Shown: positions 10,268 to 20,775 of the stretch, piece after piece
Layout of the letters: the number at the start of each line of letters is the position of its first letter
Numbering within the stretch: the first letter of the stretch is position 1
Source: a bacterium
Lineage (GTDB): Bacteria > Zhuqueibacterota > Zhuqueibacteria > Residuimicrobiales > Krinioviventaceae
Reading direction: 5' to 3'
Assembly: GCA_963693055.1 (NCBI GenBank)
Contig: OY843751.1
Location: forward strand, 3,424,001-3,488,000
DNA: 64,000 nt
Notes under the pieces: model-generated
Told to the model about the DNA's origin: nothing
The model's database searches: none
Seen by the model: only the letters and a program-made list of their open reading frames with translations
Translations under genes and position numbers: made by a program

Positions 10268-11326
10268 TTACTCCTGTTGCTTTTCAACTTGACCTTTAGT
10301 TCTAAATGTATGTGCAACGATGTCCAAGTGTCTTAAATAGGGCCATTTTCTTTCATCCGGAGCATAGACAGATCCATCAATTAAATATAAACGCTGATCG
10401 GATTCATTATAAAATCCATAACTCATGAAAGGACCACCGGCCACCAGTGAATCATTCTGCCAGATACCTTCCAGTTTAATGGCATAACGGTCCAGAAAAT
10501 TAACAACATCTTCTCTAACTTTGATATTATCATCTTCATATACTTCATCGCCGCTGTAATATTTTTTTGCCAATCTGGCTCGGGTTTCAAGCATCCATTC
10601 TTTACTCAATATAGAAGGATCTTCAACAGGTTCCCAGTAAACAAACAACTCACGCTGTGGACGCATTCTTCGTATCCAGACAAATCGATCTGAATCATTT
10701 TCCGTAGCAATAAACCATTCCAGGGGTACATCAACAGTCCAGCCATGGTTGTCCATAAGCTGTTTAACAAGTTCTTCCTGAGGTTCTCTAAAATACAACT
10801 GTTTTTTTACACGATAATTGGCATGTTCATCAAATGTATTAAAAATCAGATTATCATCATGTTTCAGGTTTTCAATCAGAGTAGCTTCATCTTTACCAAC
10901 AAGAATACCCAAAATTTGATCACGTGCCCAGGGTTCATCATATTGAAAGAAATATCTTTCATTGTCTTGAACCAGTTTGCGTGCTTCTGAATTTGGAGGC
11001 ATCATTTGGTCGAGCAAATTTTTGGTTTCCCCTTCCATATCCAGGGTACCGACAAACAATATCTGCGCGTAACGTTCCAAACGAGTAAATTCTTGAGGAG
11101 ATAACTGATTTAATGCAAAAATATATTCAGGTTGGGGTGTATAGCGTTCAGGAGAAAGCGCTTTCTTTACCTCGCCTTCAATATCTTGCCATAAAACTGA
11201 ATCAACTACAACGGCAATATTCCGGGTAGTCCCTCGGGACAAACTTTTCTGTTCACAGCCCGCAAAAACAATCAGGGTAAAGATAATCAGGGCTGCACCC
11301 AAATTTGTTAAATAATACTTTTTCAT
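10268..11326 (-). CDS. DUF4837 family lipoprotein
   Basis: Lipobox FAGC; TPQPE, WARDQ, GIWQ..GGPFMSY, VYAP..KW pattern; start at ATG 11326. Confidence 0.75.
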   Translation of the reverse strand: MKKYYLTNLGAALIIFTLIVFAGCEQKSLSRGTTRNIAVVVDSVLWQDIEGEVKKALSPERYTPQPEYIFALNQLSPQEFTRLERYAQILFVGTLDMEGETKNLLDQMMPPNSEARKLVQDNERYFFQYDEPWARDQILGILVGKDEATLIENLKHDDNLIFNTFDEHANYRVKKQLYFREPQEELVKQLMDNHGWTVDVPLEWFIATENDSDRFVWIRRMRPQRELFVYWEPVEDPSILSKEWMLETRARLAKKYYSGDEVYEDDNIKVREDVVNFLDRYAIKLEGIWQNDSLVAGGPFMSYGFYNESDQRLYLIDGSVYAPDERKWPYLRHLDIVAHTFRTKGQVEKQQE

Positions 11327-11339
11327 AAGTAACCCCATT

Positions 11340-12326
11340 TCAATCAATTTCAGGTTTTTTATGTTCCTTACGAAATGCAAAAATAATCCCGCCCGGTATT
11401 GTTGCAATAATACCTACCAGGTAGGCAATAAATTCAAAGGCTACAACTCTGGCTGAAGCAATACCAACCTGGGCAAACAACGTTACACCACTTTGTTCCC
11501 TGACACCAATACCACCCAGAGAAATGGGTAAACTTGCAGCCATTGCCACAATTGGGATAAAAATAAAGAAATAATATCCATCAATATTGACACCCACCGA
11601 ACGAGCAGCAAAAAGGTGAGTAAGTATCCTCAAAGATTGAACACCTATAGCAATTACAAATATTTCAATCAGCATTATCTTGTTATGCCTGAATTCATTC
11701 AAAGCATAATACAATTCTTTGAGTTTACCGGTCAGAAATTTAGGCAGCACTAGCTCGAATAAAAAAGAAAATTTTCTGGCAACATCTTCACGAAATAACA
11801 AATACAATCCTAAAATCCAGACCACAAATACAACACCAATGGTCAACACAGTCAATTGCGATGACAACCGCTGTAACCAGATCAAAGTAACAATCATAGC
11901 CAGAGACGTCAGTGCAAAAAAGCCAACAAACCGATCAAAAAAAACGGTCGAGATTGCACTATTGGTATCTCCGGATAATTTATGTATATCATAGATCCTA
12001 AAAGCGTCACCACCAACATAACCGATTAAAAAATTATTAAAGAACAAACCAACATGATAATATTTAATCGCTTTCCACAGTGAAATGTTCACTTTTTTCG
12101 ATTTCAAAAGTAAAAACCATTGAAAAGCGCCCAAAATATTACTGGTCACAAAAGTTAATATACTTGTTATAATCCAAAATGGATTGGCCGTAGTGATGTG
12201 CATCATCAATTGATGCACACCAATACGCGCCATTAAAAATATTAAAAGAGCTACACTAATACAAACTTTGAGAACAGTAACTAAAACCTGACGAGTGCTC
12301 TGTTTCTTGCTTTGATCTGCTGCCAA
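11340..12326 (-). CDS. Lysylphosphatidylglycerol-synthase-TM / UPF0104 (AglD-like) putative flippase
   Basis: About 8 TM segments, FFNNFL..VGGD, DRFVG, LPISLGGIGVRE; TTG start. Confidence 0.85.
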   Translation of the reverse strand: MAADQSKKQSTRQVLVTVLKVCISVALLIFLMARIGVHQLMMHITTANPFWIITSILTFVTSNILGAFQWFLLLKSKKVNISLWKAIKYYHVGLFFNNFLIGYVGGDAFRIYDIHKLSGDTNSAISTVFFDRFVGFFALTSLAMIVTLIWLQRLSSQLTVLTIGVVFVVWILGLYLLFREDVARKFSFLFELVLPKFLTGKLKELYYALNEFRHNKIMLIEIFVIAIGVQSLRILTHLFAARSVGVNIDGYYFFIFIPIVAMAASLPISLGGIGVREQSGVTLFAQVGIASARVVAFEFIAYLVGIIATIPGGIIFAFRKEHKKPEID

Positions 12327-12348
12327 CCGTTCATTCCTTCATAAAAGG

Positions 12349-15015
12349 TTAGTTTTGAACGGTCGCACTATCAGCACCTGCCGAACTTGCTTCATTCAAC
12401 AACTGTTTTTCTGATTCAAGTTTGCGTTTAGCTTCAGGATCATCAGGATGTTTCACAATCCAATCTTCCAGTAATTCAACCGCTTTGTCATGCATACCTT
12501 CACGACTGTATAGCTGGACCAAAGTACCTACAACATAGGTATTGTCTGGCTCATTTCTTAAAGCCCATTCCGCTTTTTCAACAAATTTATCAGTTTTACC
12601 TGCACGTTCATAGAGCAAGCCAATCTGAATGGGTAATCTTACATCTGGCGGCGGAATAACATCGTCAGGCATTACCGTATCCATTTTTTCCAATACGGTT
12701 AACAGATTTTCATAATCGCGATTGCTGTTATAATATGAAGCCAATTGCAGGAATGCTGCACGATAATTTTGCAGTAAACCTTTGGTATTATCGTTCAGAT
12801 AAACGTCAGGATCATTTAATCCACGGTATTGAAAAGTCTCCAGCATATTTTTATGCAGATTCCTGGCCATTACATCTTCATCCGGTTTTGGTGTTACCTC
12901 AAAACACATACCATCCATTCTCATATATCTATCGAGATTGATCTTGTTCTGATTGGAAACGGTAACCGCAAAATAGACCGGTTTTTGCCATTTGTTGGCA
13001 TATAAAATATTCAGGATCATAAAATCCTGTACACGGATTCCCTGGCCCATTATAGTGGGTTTTACAGTAAATGTAATTTCAGAAGGAATGCTGGTATCAT
13101 CAAATTGCTCCAATTCCTTTACTTCTTTGATATCACTCAGTAAATTCTGACGTTTTTGTTCAGGTACAGGAATAGAAATCGTGCGGTCAGCCCAGGGCAT
13201 TACCTGAAGCGCATCAATTTCCCTGTCTGATAATGTAATAGGTACTTTGGGATCTTCATATTTGAGCTGTTTAATATACCAGGGTGTATTTAGTAAACTT
13301 AGATTTACAACACGCACATCGGTACGGATACCATACACATATTGCAAGAACCACAGTGGAAACGTATCATTATCACCATTAGTAAACAGGATAGCATCTT
13401 TTTCACAGGTTTGTAATATATTATAAGAATAATCATAAGCCACATAATTACCGGTACGATCATGATCCTGGTAATTATTAGCCAGCAAATTGATAGGAGC
13501 AACCAACAACAATACAGCTGCTGTTGCTACCGACAATCCACGCCGCAATACCTGCTTGTCTTTGAAACTTTCCTGAATCATCTCAAGCAGGGCAGTAACG
13601 CCCATTCCTATCCATATCGCAAATATAAAGAACGACCCCACAAAGACATAGTCCCTTTCGCGTGGCTGGGGGTCCTCCTGATTCAAATAAATGACAATAG
13701 CAATACCCGTTAGAATAAAGAACGCAGTTAGAGACATGGCATGCCGCCAATGTCGATAAAAATGATGTATCATCCCCACAAGTCCAAGAAACAACGGCAG
13801 CCCCAATAATCCATTAAAGGATAGAGTTTCGACAATGTATCCATCAGATCCAATGGTGTTCCCCTTGCCAGCAAACTGCCAGAAAAAATAGCGTATGTAC
13901 ATTTTCTTTATTTGATAATTCCACATAAAATCCATTTGCTGTGACCAGTTAAAGGTCTTGTAGCTTTGACGAGGATATTGTTGTTCAAATTGCCATTCTT
14001 GTGGAATTCCGGGGAACCTGCGTGGAAACGTGCTCCAGGTTCCATATTGTTCACGATTCAGATAACTAACCATTTGCTTTGTGGTTTCCGGATCATTTTC
14101 ATCAATTTTGGGATCAAGTCCGGACCGAATATAAATCATAGAATAGGTTGAATATCCCATAATCACTAGTACAGCGGACATGAGTGCAAGACTGGCAATT
14201 TTCATTTTATTTTTAACTACATAAAAGACTGCGGCAAACAAAATCAAAATCAGCGCTAAAACGGCCCAAAGTGAAAACGCACCCGCTAAACGAGGAATGT
14301 ACTGTACAACACCGGGATATATGGCAGCAAAGATACCAACGGTTATGAGGCCAAATATTGCAAAGTTGGTAAAGGTAATTTTTTCATTTCGGCGTTCCAG
14401 GTAGCGAAAATAAACAATCATAAAGACAGCGGGTAATGCTAGAATCATTAACAAATGCACACCAATTGCAAGACCTACCGTATAAGCGATGAACAAAATA
14501 TAACGCTCAGCACCGGGTTCATCAGATTTTTCAAGCCATACCATAATCAACCACAGAATGATTGAAGTAAAAAACATACTGATAGCGTAAACTTCGGCTT
14601 CTACTGCATTGAACCAGAATGTATCAGTAAATGCAAATGCCAGTGCACCAATCAGGCCGCTGGCTACCAGGGTAAAAATATCTTCACCACTCTTGGGTTC
14701 GCCACGCCATTGTTTTACCAGGCGTACAATGATCAAATAGGTAAGCATTACGGTTGCGGCAGATGTTAATGCAGAAATAAAATTAACCCGCAAACCTATA
14801 TCCGTAGCAAAGGGAATCATGCTGAAAATACGTCCCAACAACAGATAAAACGGCGCACCCGGGGGATGAGGAATACCTAAAATATAAGAACAGGTAATAA
14901 ATTCACCACAGTCCCATAGCGACACAGTTGGCGCAATGGTTCTGAGATAAATAATGATTGAAAACAAAAAAGAAACACCGGCGAACACCCGGTTAATCAA
15001 CTTAAAGTTCTTCAT
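12349..15015 (-). CDS. DUF2723 GT-C membrane glycosyltransferase (TMEM260/GT117-like protein O-mannosyltransferase) with TPR-like C-terminus
   Basis: WDCGEF, HPPGAP, WFNAVEAEVY, YLNREQYG, PRERDY, FTNGDNDTFPLW, RVVNLSLL motifs; many TM segments. Confidence 0.88.
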   Translation of the reverse strand: MKNFKLINRVFAGVSFLFSIIIYLRTIAPTVSLWDCGEFITCSYILGIPHPPGAPFYLLLGRIFSMIPFATDIGLRVNFISALTSAATVMLTYLIIVRLVKQWRGEPKSGEDIFTLVASGLIGALAFAFTDTFWFNAVEAEVYAISMFFTSIILWLIMVWLEKSDEPGAERYILFIAYTVGLAIGVHLLMILALPAVFMIVYFRYLERRNEKITFTNFAIFGLITVGIFAAIYPGVVQYIPRLAGAFSLWAVLALILILFAAVFYVVKNKMKIASLALMSAVLVIMGYSTYSMIYIRSGLDPKIDENDPETTKQMVSYLNREQYGTWSTFPRRFPGIPQEWQFEQQYPRQSYKTFNWSQQMDFMWNYQIKKMYIRYFFWQFAGKGNTIGSDGYIVETLSFNGLLGLPLFLGLVGMIHHFYRHWRHAMSLTAFFILTGIAIVIYLNQEDPQPRERDYVFVGSFFIFAIWIGMGVTALLEMIQESFKDKQVLRRGLSVATAAVLLLVAPINLLANNYQDHDRTGNYVAYDYSYNILQTCEKDAILFTNGDNDTFPLWFLQYVYGIRTDVRVVNLSLLNTPWYIKQLKYEDPKVPITLSDREIDALQVMPWADRTISIPVPEQKRQNLLSDIKEVKELEQFDDTSIPSEITFTVKPTIMGQGIRVQDFMILNILYANKWQKPVYFAVTVSNQNKINLDRYMRMDGMCFEVTPKPDEDVMARNLHKNMLETFQYRGLNDPDVYLNDNTKGLLQNYRAAFLQLASYYNSNRDYENLLTVLEKMDTVMPDDVIPPPDVRLPIQIGLLYERAGKTDKFVEKAEWALRNEPDNTYVVGTLVQLYSREGMHDKAVELLEDWIVKHPDDPEAKRKLESEKQLLNEASSAGADSATVQN

Positions 15016-15030
15016 TATGGATCTCCGATA

Positions 15031-16149
15031 CTAATTAATTACATCCTCCATGATTCTCACAGCCGTCTCTGCGGACTGGTCCCAACTAAATTTTTGAACC
15101 CAATGTAAGGAATTTTTTGATAAATTTTGCCTTATTTTTTCATTTTTCAACAGAAAAATCATCTTTTCCTGCAATTTTTCAACATTTCCAAAAGGATACA
15201 GGTATCCGGTTTCGGTATCAACCACAGAATCCCGCAACCCGGGTGAATCTGCTGCAATAACCGGGGTACCACAGGCATTTGCCTCGATAACCGTCAATCC
15301 CCAACCTTCTTTGGGTGATGGATTAACAGCAAACCACATTTTATTCAACCACTCCACTTTTACCTCATGTGGAACAAAACCGGTAAAAGTAATCTTTTCT
15401 GCAACACCCAATTCATTTGCCAAGATCTCTAATTGAGGTTGATAGTCTCCTCCTCCCATTATAACAAAACGGGTTTCAGGAACCGCCTCAATTACCGCGG
15501 GCATTGCTTTTACAAAATGCTCAACCTGCTTGTACTTTTTCAAACGTCCCAGATAACCCACTAGAGGTGTCTGACTTTTTAATATCTCATCATATTTATA
15601 ATCATTCAATTCAACGGCATTATACAGTAGATCTATTTTGCTTTTCACACCGGAATTCAGCAACTCTTGCCGGGTACTTTCCGAAACCACGGCAAAAGGA
15701 GTGTTTCTATATACAAATGGTACAAGTTTCTCTGAATAATAAACATAACTCGCAGGGATAAAAAAAGTTTCCATAAAAATACTTTTGCCAAACAGGTGGT
15801 GCTCAATAGCAAGCAAAGGTTTCTTGACGTAATAGGGAGTATAAAATGGAATCTTGTTAATATCATCTATAACAATATCATAATCATGTTTTTTTAAAAG
15901 CTTTTTGTACATAAACGGTACATAAAAATTGAACAAATTTCGTGAACCCGCACGCACAATTCGGATTCCATCAAGTTCTTCATACTCGGCAGCACCAGGA
16001 TATTTACAACACAACAACGTTACCTTGTGCCCCAAAGCGGCAACACGCTTAAATATCTCATGAAAATGGACTTCTGCTCCCCCGCCAAAGGGATTGGTAA
16101 TATCCTGCCAGTTGATAACCAGTATGTTCAAAGGTTTACTTTTTGTCAA
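15031..16149 (-). CDS. Glycosyltransferase family 4
   Basis: GGAEVH, GRLKKYK, EGWGLTVIEANACG (EX7E). Confidence 0.92.
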   Translation of the reverse strand: MTKSKPLNILVINWQDITNPFGGGAEVHFHEIFKRVAALGHKVTLLCCKYPGAAEYEELDGIRIVRAGSRNLFNFYVPFMYKKLLKKHDYDIVIDDINKIPFYTPYYVKKPLLAIEHHLFGKSIFMETFFIPASYVYYSEKLVPFVYRNTPFAVVSESTRQELLNSGVKSKIDLLYNAVELNDYKYDEILKSQTPLVGYLGRLKKYKQVEHFVKAMPAVIEAVPETRFVIMGGGDYQPQLEILANELGVAEKITFTGFVPHEVKVEWLNKMWFAVNPSPKEGWGLTVIEANACGTPVIAADSPGLRDSVVDTETGYLYPFGNVEKLQEKMIFLLKNEKIRQNLSKNSLHWVQKFSWDQSAETAVRIMEDVIN

Positions 16150-16152
16150 AGA

Positions 16153-16932
16153 TCAAACCTTTTTCTTTTTACCAATGATACCAATGTCCATAAATGTATA
16201 CAAGGCAAAGCGGGTTTTGGCAAACGTCTTTTCGAAAGACTTGACAAGTGGAGATAATACCGGAACCGGTTTGGGATACAAAGGTAGCTGAATACCCACT
16301 TTTTTCATCACTTCACGCAATGAACGATAAAAAAAGCTGGGACGCATCCAGTCTCCATAGGATTTATGGATATCGAAACCCAATCCTTTGAACATTTTAC
16401 CGAGCTGTCCAATTGAAAATTCAGTTTCCCAACCGGCAAACCACTTGTTCATCAAGATGAGTATATGTTTAACAACTGTATATAAATGATATCGTTGTGG
16501 AACGTCTGCCAGTGTATAACCACCGGGTTTTATTACCCTGTGATTTTCTGCCAGAATATCCTGGGGATTGGTAAAATGCTCAAGTAATCCTTGATGATAT
16601 ACCAGATCCAAGGCATCGGTTTTAAACGGCAATTGAAAGGCATCGCCCTGCACCAGAATTACAGGTTTATTAAATTCCTGTGCCAGCTTTTTCAAAACAT
16701 CAAGCGAACTCTGCGCATAATCGAGCAATATGACTTTGGCACCCATATCCACAAGTTTAAATCCATCGCGACCTGAGCCAGCACCAATTTCCATTACCCA
16801 TTTATCTTGCATGGAACCCAATTCCCGAATCTGATTAATAATCCGGTCATTGTTAGAATATACATTATGTATATCTTTTTTATCTTCCCAAAAATCTTCC
16901 CAAACTTGTCTACTGTGTTTTCCCATTTCCAT
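16153..16932 (-). CDS. Class I SAM-dependent methyltransferase
   Basis: EIGAGSG motif I, GDAFQLPF, QGLLEHF, KPGG. Confidence 0.9.
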   Translation of the reverse strand: MEMGKHSRQVWEDFWEDKKDIHNVYSNNDRIINQIRELGSMQDKWVMEIGAGSGRDGFKLVDMGAKVILLDYAQSSLDVLKKLAQEFNKPVILVQGDAFQLPFKTDALDLVYHQGLLEHFTNPQDILAENHRVIKPGGYTLADVPQRYHLYTVVKHILILMNKWFAGWETEFSIGQLGKMFKGLGFDIHKSYGDWMRPSFFYRSLREVMKKVGIQLPLYPKPVPVLSPLVKSFEKTFAKTRFALYTFMDIGIIGKKKKV

Positions 16933-16938
16933 CCAAAT

Positions 16939-17217
16939 CTATTTCTTGTTTTTTTCTGATACGTATATGGTTTGCAGTTCTGTTAACGCATTGGTCAGGA
17001 ACTGTTTCTCTTCTTTTTCCAGATTGTTTTCAGTTTTCATTTTCAGCATTTCAAGTAAATCGATATAGTTTTCAGCCTGCTCAAGGTCTACTGTCATTTC
17101 ATCAGTCATTGGGTTTTCCTGTTGACCCAGATTTTGCAATGCAGCAGTCTGCATGCTGTAAACCAAATTCAGAAACAACATTTTGTAAATCTCGCTTTTA
17201 TCCCGGTTTTTTGACAT
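16939..17217 (-). CDS. DUF1844 family small protein
   Basis: LG..ENP, DLEQA...IDLLEMLK.KT.NNL..EE pattern. Confidence 0.8.
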   Translation of the reverse strand: MSKNRDKSEIYKMLFLNLVYSMQTAALQNLGQQENPMTDEMTVDLEQAENYIDLLEMLKMKTENNLEKEEKQFLTNALTELQTIYVSEKNKK

Positions 17218-17235
17218 TTTAAAACCTCCGTTTTA

Positions 17236-19335
17236 TTATGCTACCCATGCCAGGTCAAATTTTTCATTATAGGTTCTGACAAAATGGTGCCGGGTACCAA
17301 GATCAGTATCCAGTTTCAACTGTGGATCTTTTTGCACCAGTTGAAACGCTTCTTTTCGGGCCTTGTGTAAAAGGTCCATATCTTTAACAATATCTGCAAT
17401 TTTCAATTCAGGGAACCCATGCTGCTTTGTTCCAAAAAACTCACCGGGGCCCCGTAATTCCAAATCGATCTCGGCTATCTTGAATCCATCATTGGTCATG
17501 GCCATAGTATCGAGGCGTTTTCTGGCTTCCGCGGATAATTGTCCATATCCTATCAAAATACACCAGGACTGCTTATCACCGCGTCCAACACGTCCACGCA
17601 ACTGGTGCAGCTGGGTTAAGCCAAAACGTTCTGCATGTTCTATCAACATGATGGTTGCATTGGGGACATTCACACCAACCTCAATCACCGTGGTACTGAT
17701 AAGGATTTGAATATCACCCTTTTTAAAAGCAGCCATTACCGCTTCTTTTTCTTCGCTTTTCATTCGACCGTGCAACAAACCCAATCGATAATCTTTGAAA
17801 AACGTGGTACTCATAATCTCATAACTATCGGTAGCAGCTTTTAAATCCGACTTTTCTGTCTCTTCCACCAATGGAAAGACAATATAAACCTGCGAACCTT
17901 TGGCTACCTGGTCCCGAACAAAATGATACACTTTGGAACGAGACCGTTCCTGCCGCCATTCTGTAACAATGGGCTTTCTTCCTGCAGGCAGTTCATCTAT
18001 AATCGATACATCCAGATCACCATAAACAGTCATGGACAACGTCCGGGGAATTGGAGTTGCCGTCATGACAAGAACATCAGGATTGATTGCTTTTTCCATA
18101 AGCTTTGCACGCTGCAATACACCAAAACGGTGCTGCTCGTCAATGATCACAAGTCCCAGATTCTGAAAATCAACAGTTTCCTGTATCAGTGCATGCGTGC
18201 CAACTATTATATGCGCTTGCTGTGTAGCAATTGCTTCAAGTACTTCCTCGCGAACCGCTTTGCTTTGTCCACCTACCAACAAGACGGCTTTAACTCCGAT
18301 AGAATCCAGCATTTCATGGATTGTAAGGTAATGCTGTTCTGCCAGAATTTCTGTTGGAGCCATAATAGCAGCCTGGTATTGGTTTTCCACAGCAATCAGC
18401 ATGCTGATAATGGCTACCATGGTCTTTCCTGAACCTACATCACCCTGTAATAAACGATTCATGGAACGGGGACTCTTCATATCCGCACGAATCTCGTGGA
18501 TCACACGTTTCTGGGCATCAGTCAGTTCAAAAGGCAGATTGTCAACCAACGTTTTTACCCGGTCTCCAACCTGTGTAAACTGAATACCGCCACGGCCATC
18601 CGAGTAATGGGTTTTCCGTAACGCAACCAGCAGTTCCATAAAGAACAACTCGTCAAACTTTAACCTTTTACTCGCTTCAGCTTTAACCTCATGACTCACA
18701 GGAAAATGGATTTGCTCAAGCGCGTCTGCCAGTCCCATTAACTTTTGGCGTTCAAGAATATCTTGCGGTATAGTCTCTCGTATGCTTTTTTTATAAAGCT
18801 TGATCAGATCAACCATCTGTCGCCGAAAACCACGACTGTCAAATTTGGTCTTTGTCAGGGCATCCGTAGAAGGATAAAGTGGTATAATTTTACCGGTGTG
18901 TATCAACTCTCCTTCCGCCTGATTGCCCAGCATATCAAACTCGGGATGTACCATCTGCATACCGTCAAATCGGGTTACTTTGCCGCTGAATGCATACCAG
19001 TCTCCCGGCTTGAACAATCGCTGCCAGATGGTAAACTTGCTGAACCAGATACATGTCAAGTACGATGTTCCATCAGTCACATACAAATGGAACCGATTCC
19101 GTTTACCACGAACAAGCTCGTATTTCACAACACGTCCAATAATGGTTGCTTCCTGGCCGTTTTTCAACTGGGCAATTTTGCCAATATAAGACCGGTCCAG
19201 ATAACGTCTTGGGAAATAGTAGAAAAAGTCAATGATCTGATAGATACCCACTTTATTCAAAGCAGCTGCACGCTTGGGCCCAATACTGGGTAACTTTTCA
19301 ATGGGCTCGTTTAATATGGATGCAGCCTGGGTCAT
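17236..19335 (-). CDS. recG: ATP-dependent DNA helicase RecG
   Basis: Wedge domain, QGDVGSGKT, DEQHRFG, MTATPIPRT, QLRGRVGRG, DLELRGPGE. Confidence 0.97.
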   Translation of the reverse strand: MTQAASILNEPIEKLPSIGPKRAAALNKVGIYQIIDFFYYFPRRYLDRSYIGKIAQLKNGQEATIIGRVVKYELVRGKRNRFHLYVTDGTSYLTCIWFSKFTIWQRLFKPGDWYAFSGKVTRFDGMQMVHPEFDMLGNQAEGELIHTGKIIPLYPSTDALTKTKFDSRGFRRQMVDLIKLYKKSIRETIPQDILERQKLMGLADALEQIHFPVSHEVKAEASKRLKFDELFFMELLVALRKTHYSDGRGGIQFTQVGDRVKTLVDNLPFELTDAQKRVIHEIRADMKSPRSMNRLLQGDVGSGKTMVAIISMLIAVENQYQAAIMAPTEILAEQHYLTIHEMLDSIGVKAVLLVGGQSKAVREEVLEAIATQQAHIIVGTHALIQETVDFQNLGLVIIDEQHRFGVLQRAKLMEKAINPDVLVMTATPIPRTLSMTVYGDLDVSIIDELPAGRKPIVTEWRQERSRSKVYHFVRDQVAKGSQVYIVFPLVEETEKSDLKAATDSYEIMSTTFFKDYRLGLLHGRMKSEEKEAVMAAFKKGDIQILISTTVIEVGVNVPNATIMLIEHAERFGLTQLHQLRGRVGRGDKQSWCILIGYGQLSAEARKRLDTMAMTNDGFKIAEIDLELRGPGEFFGTKQHGFPELKIADIVKDMDLLHKARKEAFQLVQKDPQLKLDTDLGTRHHFVRTYNEKFDLAWVA

Positions 19336-19346
19336 AATCCTGATAA

Positions 19347-20699
19347 TTATTTAAAAAGAACAGTATATTCAAATTGAGTTTCGCCATTCGATGGCACTTT
19401 GATTTCAAACTCTACCTTGTGCGCTTCTTTTTTAGAAATTTTTGGAGTATCACCAATAAACTCCCAATCACCCCAAAGATTTTCTACAACATAAACAGTT
19501 ACAGCCTCATCCTTGTGGTTACGGAGTTTAATGCGTACCGTTTGCTGCCGACTTTCACGTCCAATTTTCTTGGTATCTACAACAATGCGTTCACCAACAA
19601 TATCAAATGCATCTCCCAGGTAAATGCGCACGGTTTCATCCTTGGGAGTATGGTCAATAGTATCTTCTCCAATAAACTCTTGAGATCCATCAACATCGGT
19701 TTTATACACCCGAATCTTGCCTTTTGGCAGCGGCATACCCAAACCATTATCTTTACTATTTTTCATCTCAAGGGTAACATTGACCTTGTTTTGCCTGTTG
19801 CCGTTAAAAGTATATATCTTTTTTACATCGGCACCGGCCGGGGGAAACAAAGAAAGTTGTTTAATTTGACGATCTTTGATTGTAGCGGGGCGTTGAAGCG
19901 TATATAAATGGTATTCAAAAAAGGATTTTTCTTCAAATTGCGGTTCAGCAGCTGCATATAAAACATCAGCTTTGGCCATACGGTCATAATTACGACGAGA
20001 TTCGGGTTGTTCAATATTCACATCTCCTGCAACCAGTTTTAGCTTGGCATTCTCATAGGTTGCTCCGGAATTGTTTTCAACAGAAACCCAGCCACTCATG
20101 TTTAGTGCGGTATCATCAGTATTTACCACAGCAACATACTCGGCATGCCAGTTGATGCCCCGTGTAAGATAGCTGATCTGAGCATTATAATCACCTGTTT
20201 TGGGGGAATCGAGAAGCCATACCAGTGTTGGCCGGGTTATCAAACCATCAGGTAATGAGGGAAATTCTACACTTTCAAGTGAAGTGGATTTTAATGCTTT
20301 TATCGTTCCATCAGATGTCTGAACGATGATATCACCACCCATTGCACTCAGCAACGTGCCATTTATGGTTCCACCGTCTTTGATGGTTGCAACAATATTC
20401 TGGTCAATATATTTTTCCAGTAATCTGTTTGTACCAACCAGATCATATTCATAATTCTGCTCAAGCATATTTACACTATTATTGCCTGAAACAGCTTTAA
20501 AATGCACAGATGTAGCATCAATTTGTGATGCAACATTGGTAAACCGAAAAGGTTTTACACCTTTTTCAAGAGATACATTACGAGAATCTCTTACAAGTGC
20601 CAAATTATCATTATATATTGTTACTGCCATATCATTAGCAAAAACAACCGCAGTAGACAGCAATAACAGCATAATTATAATTCCTTTTACTGTTTTCAT
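19347..20699 (-). CDS. DUF4139/DUF4140 domain secreted protein
   Basis: Signal peptide; VTIYNDNLALVRD, EQNYEYDL, YLTRGINW.AEY, EYHLYTL, LGMPLPKG. Confidence 0.85.
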   Translation of the reverse strand: MKTVKGIIIMLLLLSTAVVFANDMAVTIYNDNLALVRDSRNVSLEKGVKPFRFTNVASQIDATSVHFKAVSGNNSVNMLEQNYEYDLVGTNRLLEKYIDQNIVATIKDGGTINGTLLSAMGGDIIVQTSDGTIKALKSTSLESVEFPSLPDGLITRPTLVWLLDSPKTGDYNAQISYLTRGINWHAEYVAVVNTDDTALNMSGWVSVENNSGATYENAKLKLVAGDVNIEQPESRRNYDRMAKADVLYAAAEPQFEEKSFFEYHLYTLQRPATIKDRQIKQLSLFPPAGADVKKIYTFNGNRQNKVNVTLEMKNSKDNGLGMPLPKGKIRVYKTDVDGSQEFIGEDTIDHTPKDETVRIYLGDAFDIVGERIVVDTKKIGRESRQQTVRIKLRNHKDEAVTVYVVENLWGDWEFIGDTPKISKKEAHKVEFEIKVPSNGETQFEYTVLFK

Positions 20700-20775
20700 A
20701 TTAAACCCCTCTCCTTTGTTTAATAAACATAACTTGTGTTCCTGTCAGTAAAACAACAGGTTTGCTTTATTAAAC

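Noticed and set aside
17363-19907. Several 100-180 aa plus-strand ORFs
   Set aside because: All are antisense to recG or DUF4139 and have shadow-ORF composition.
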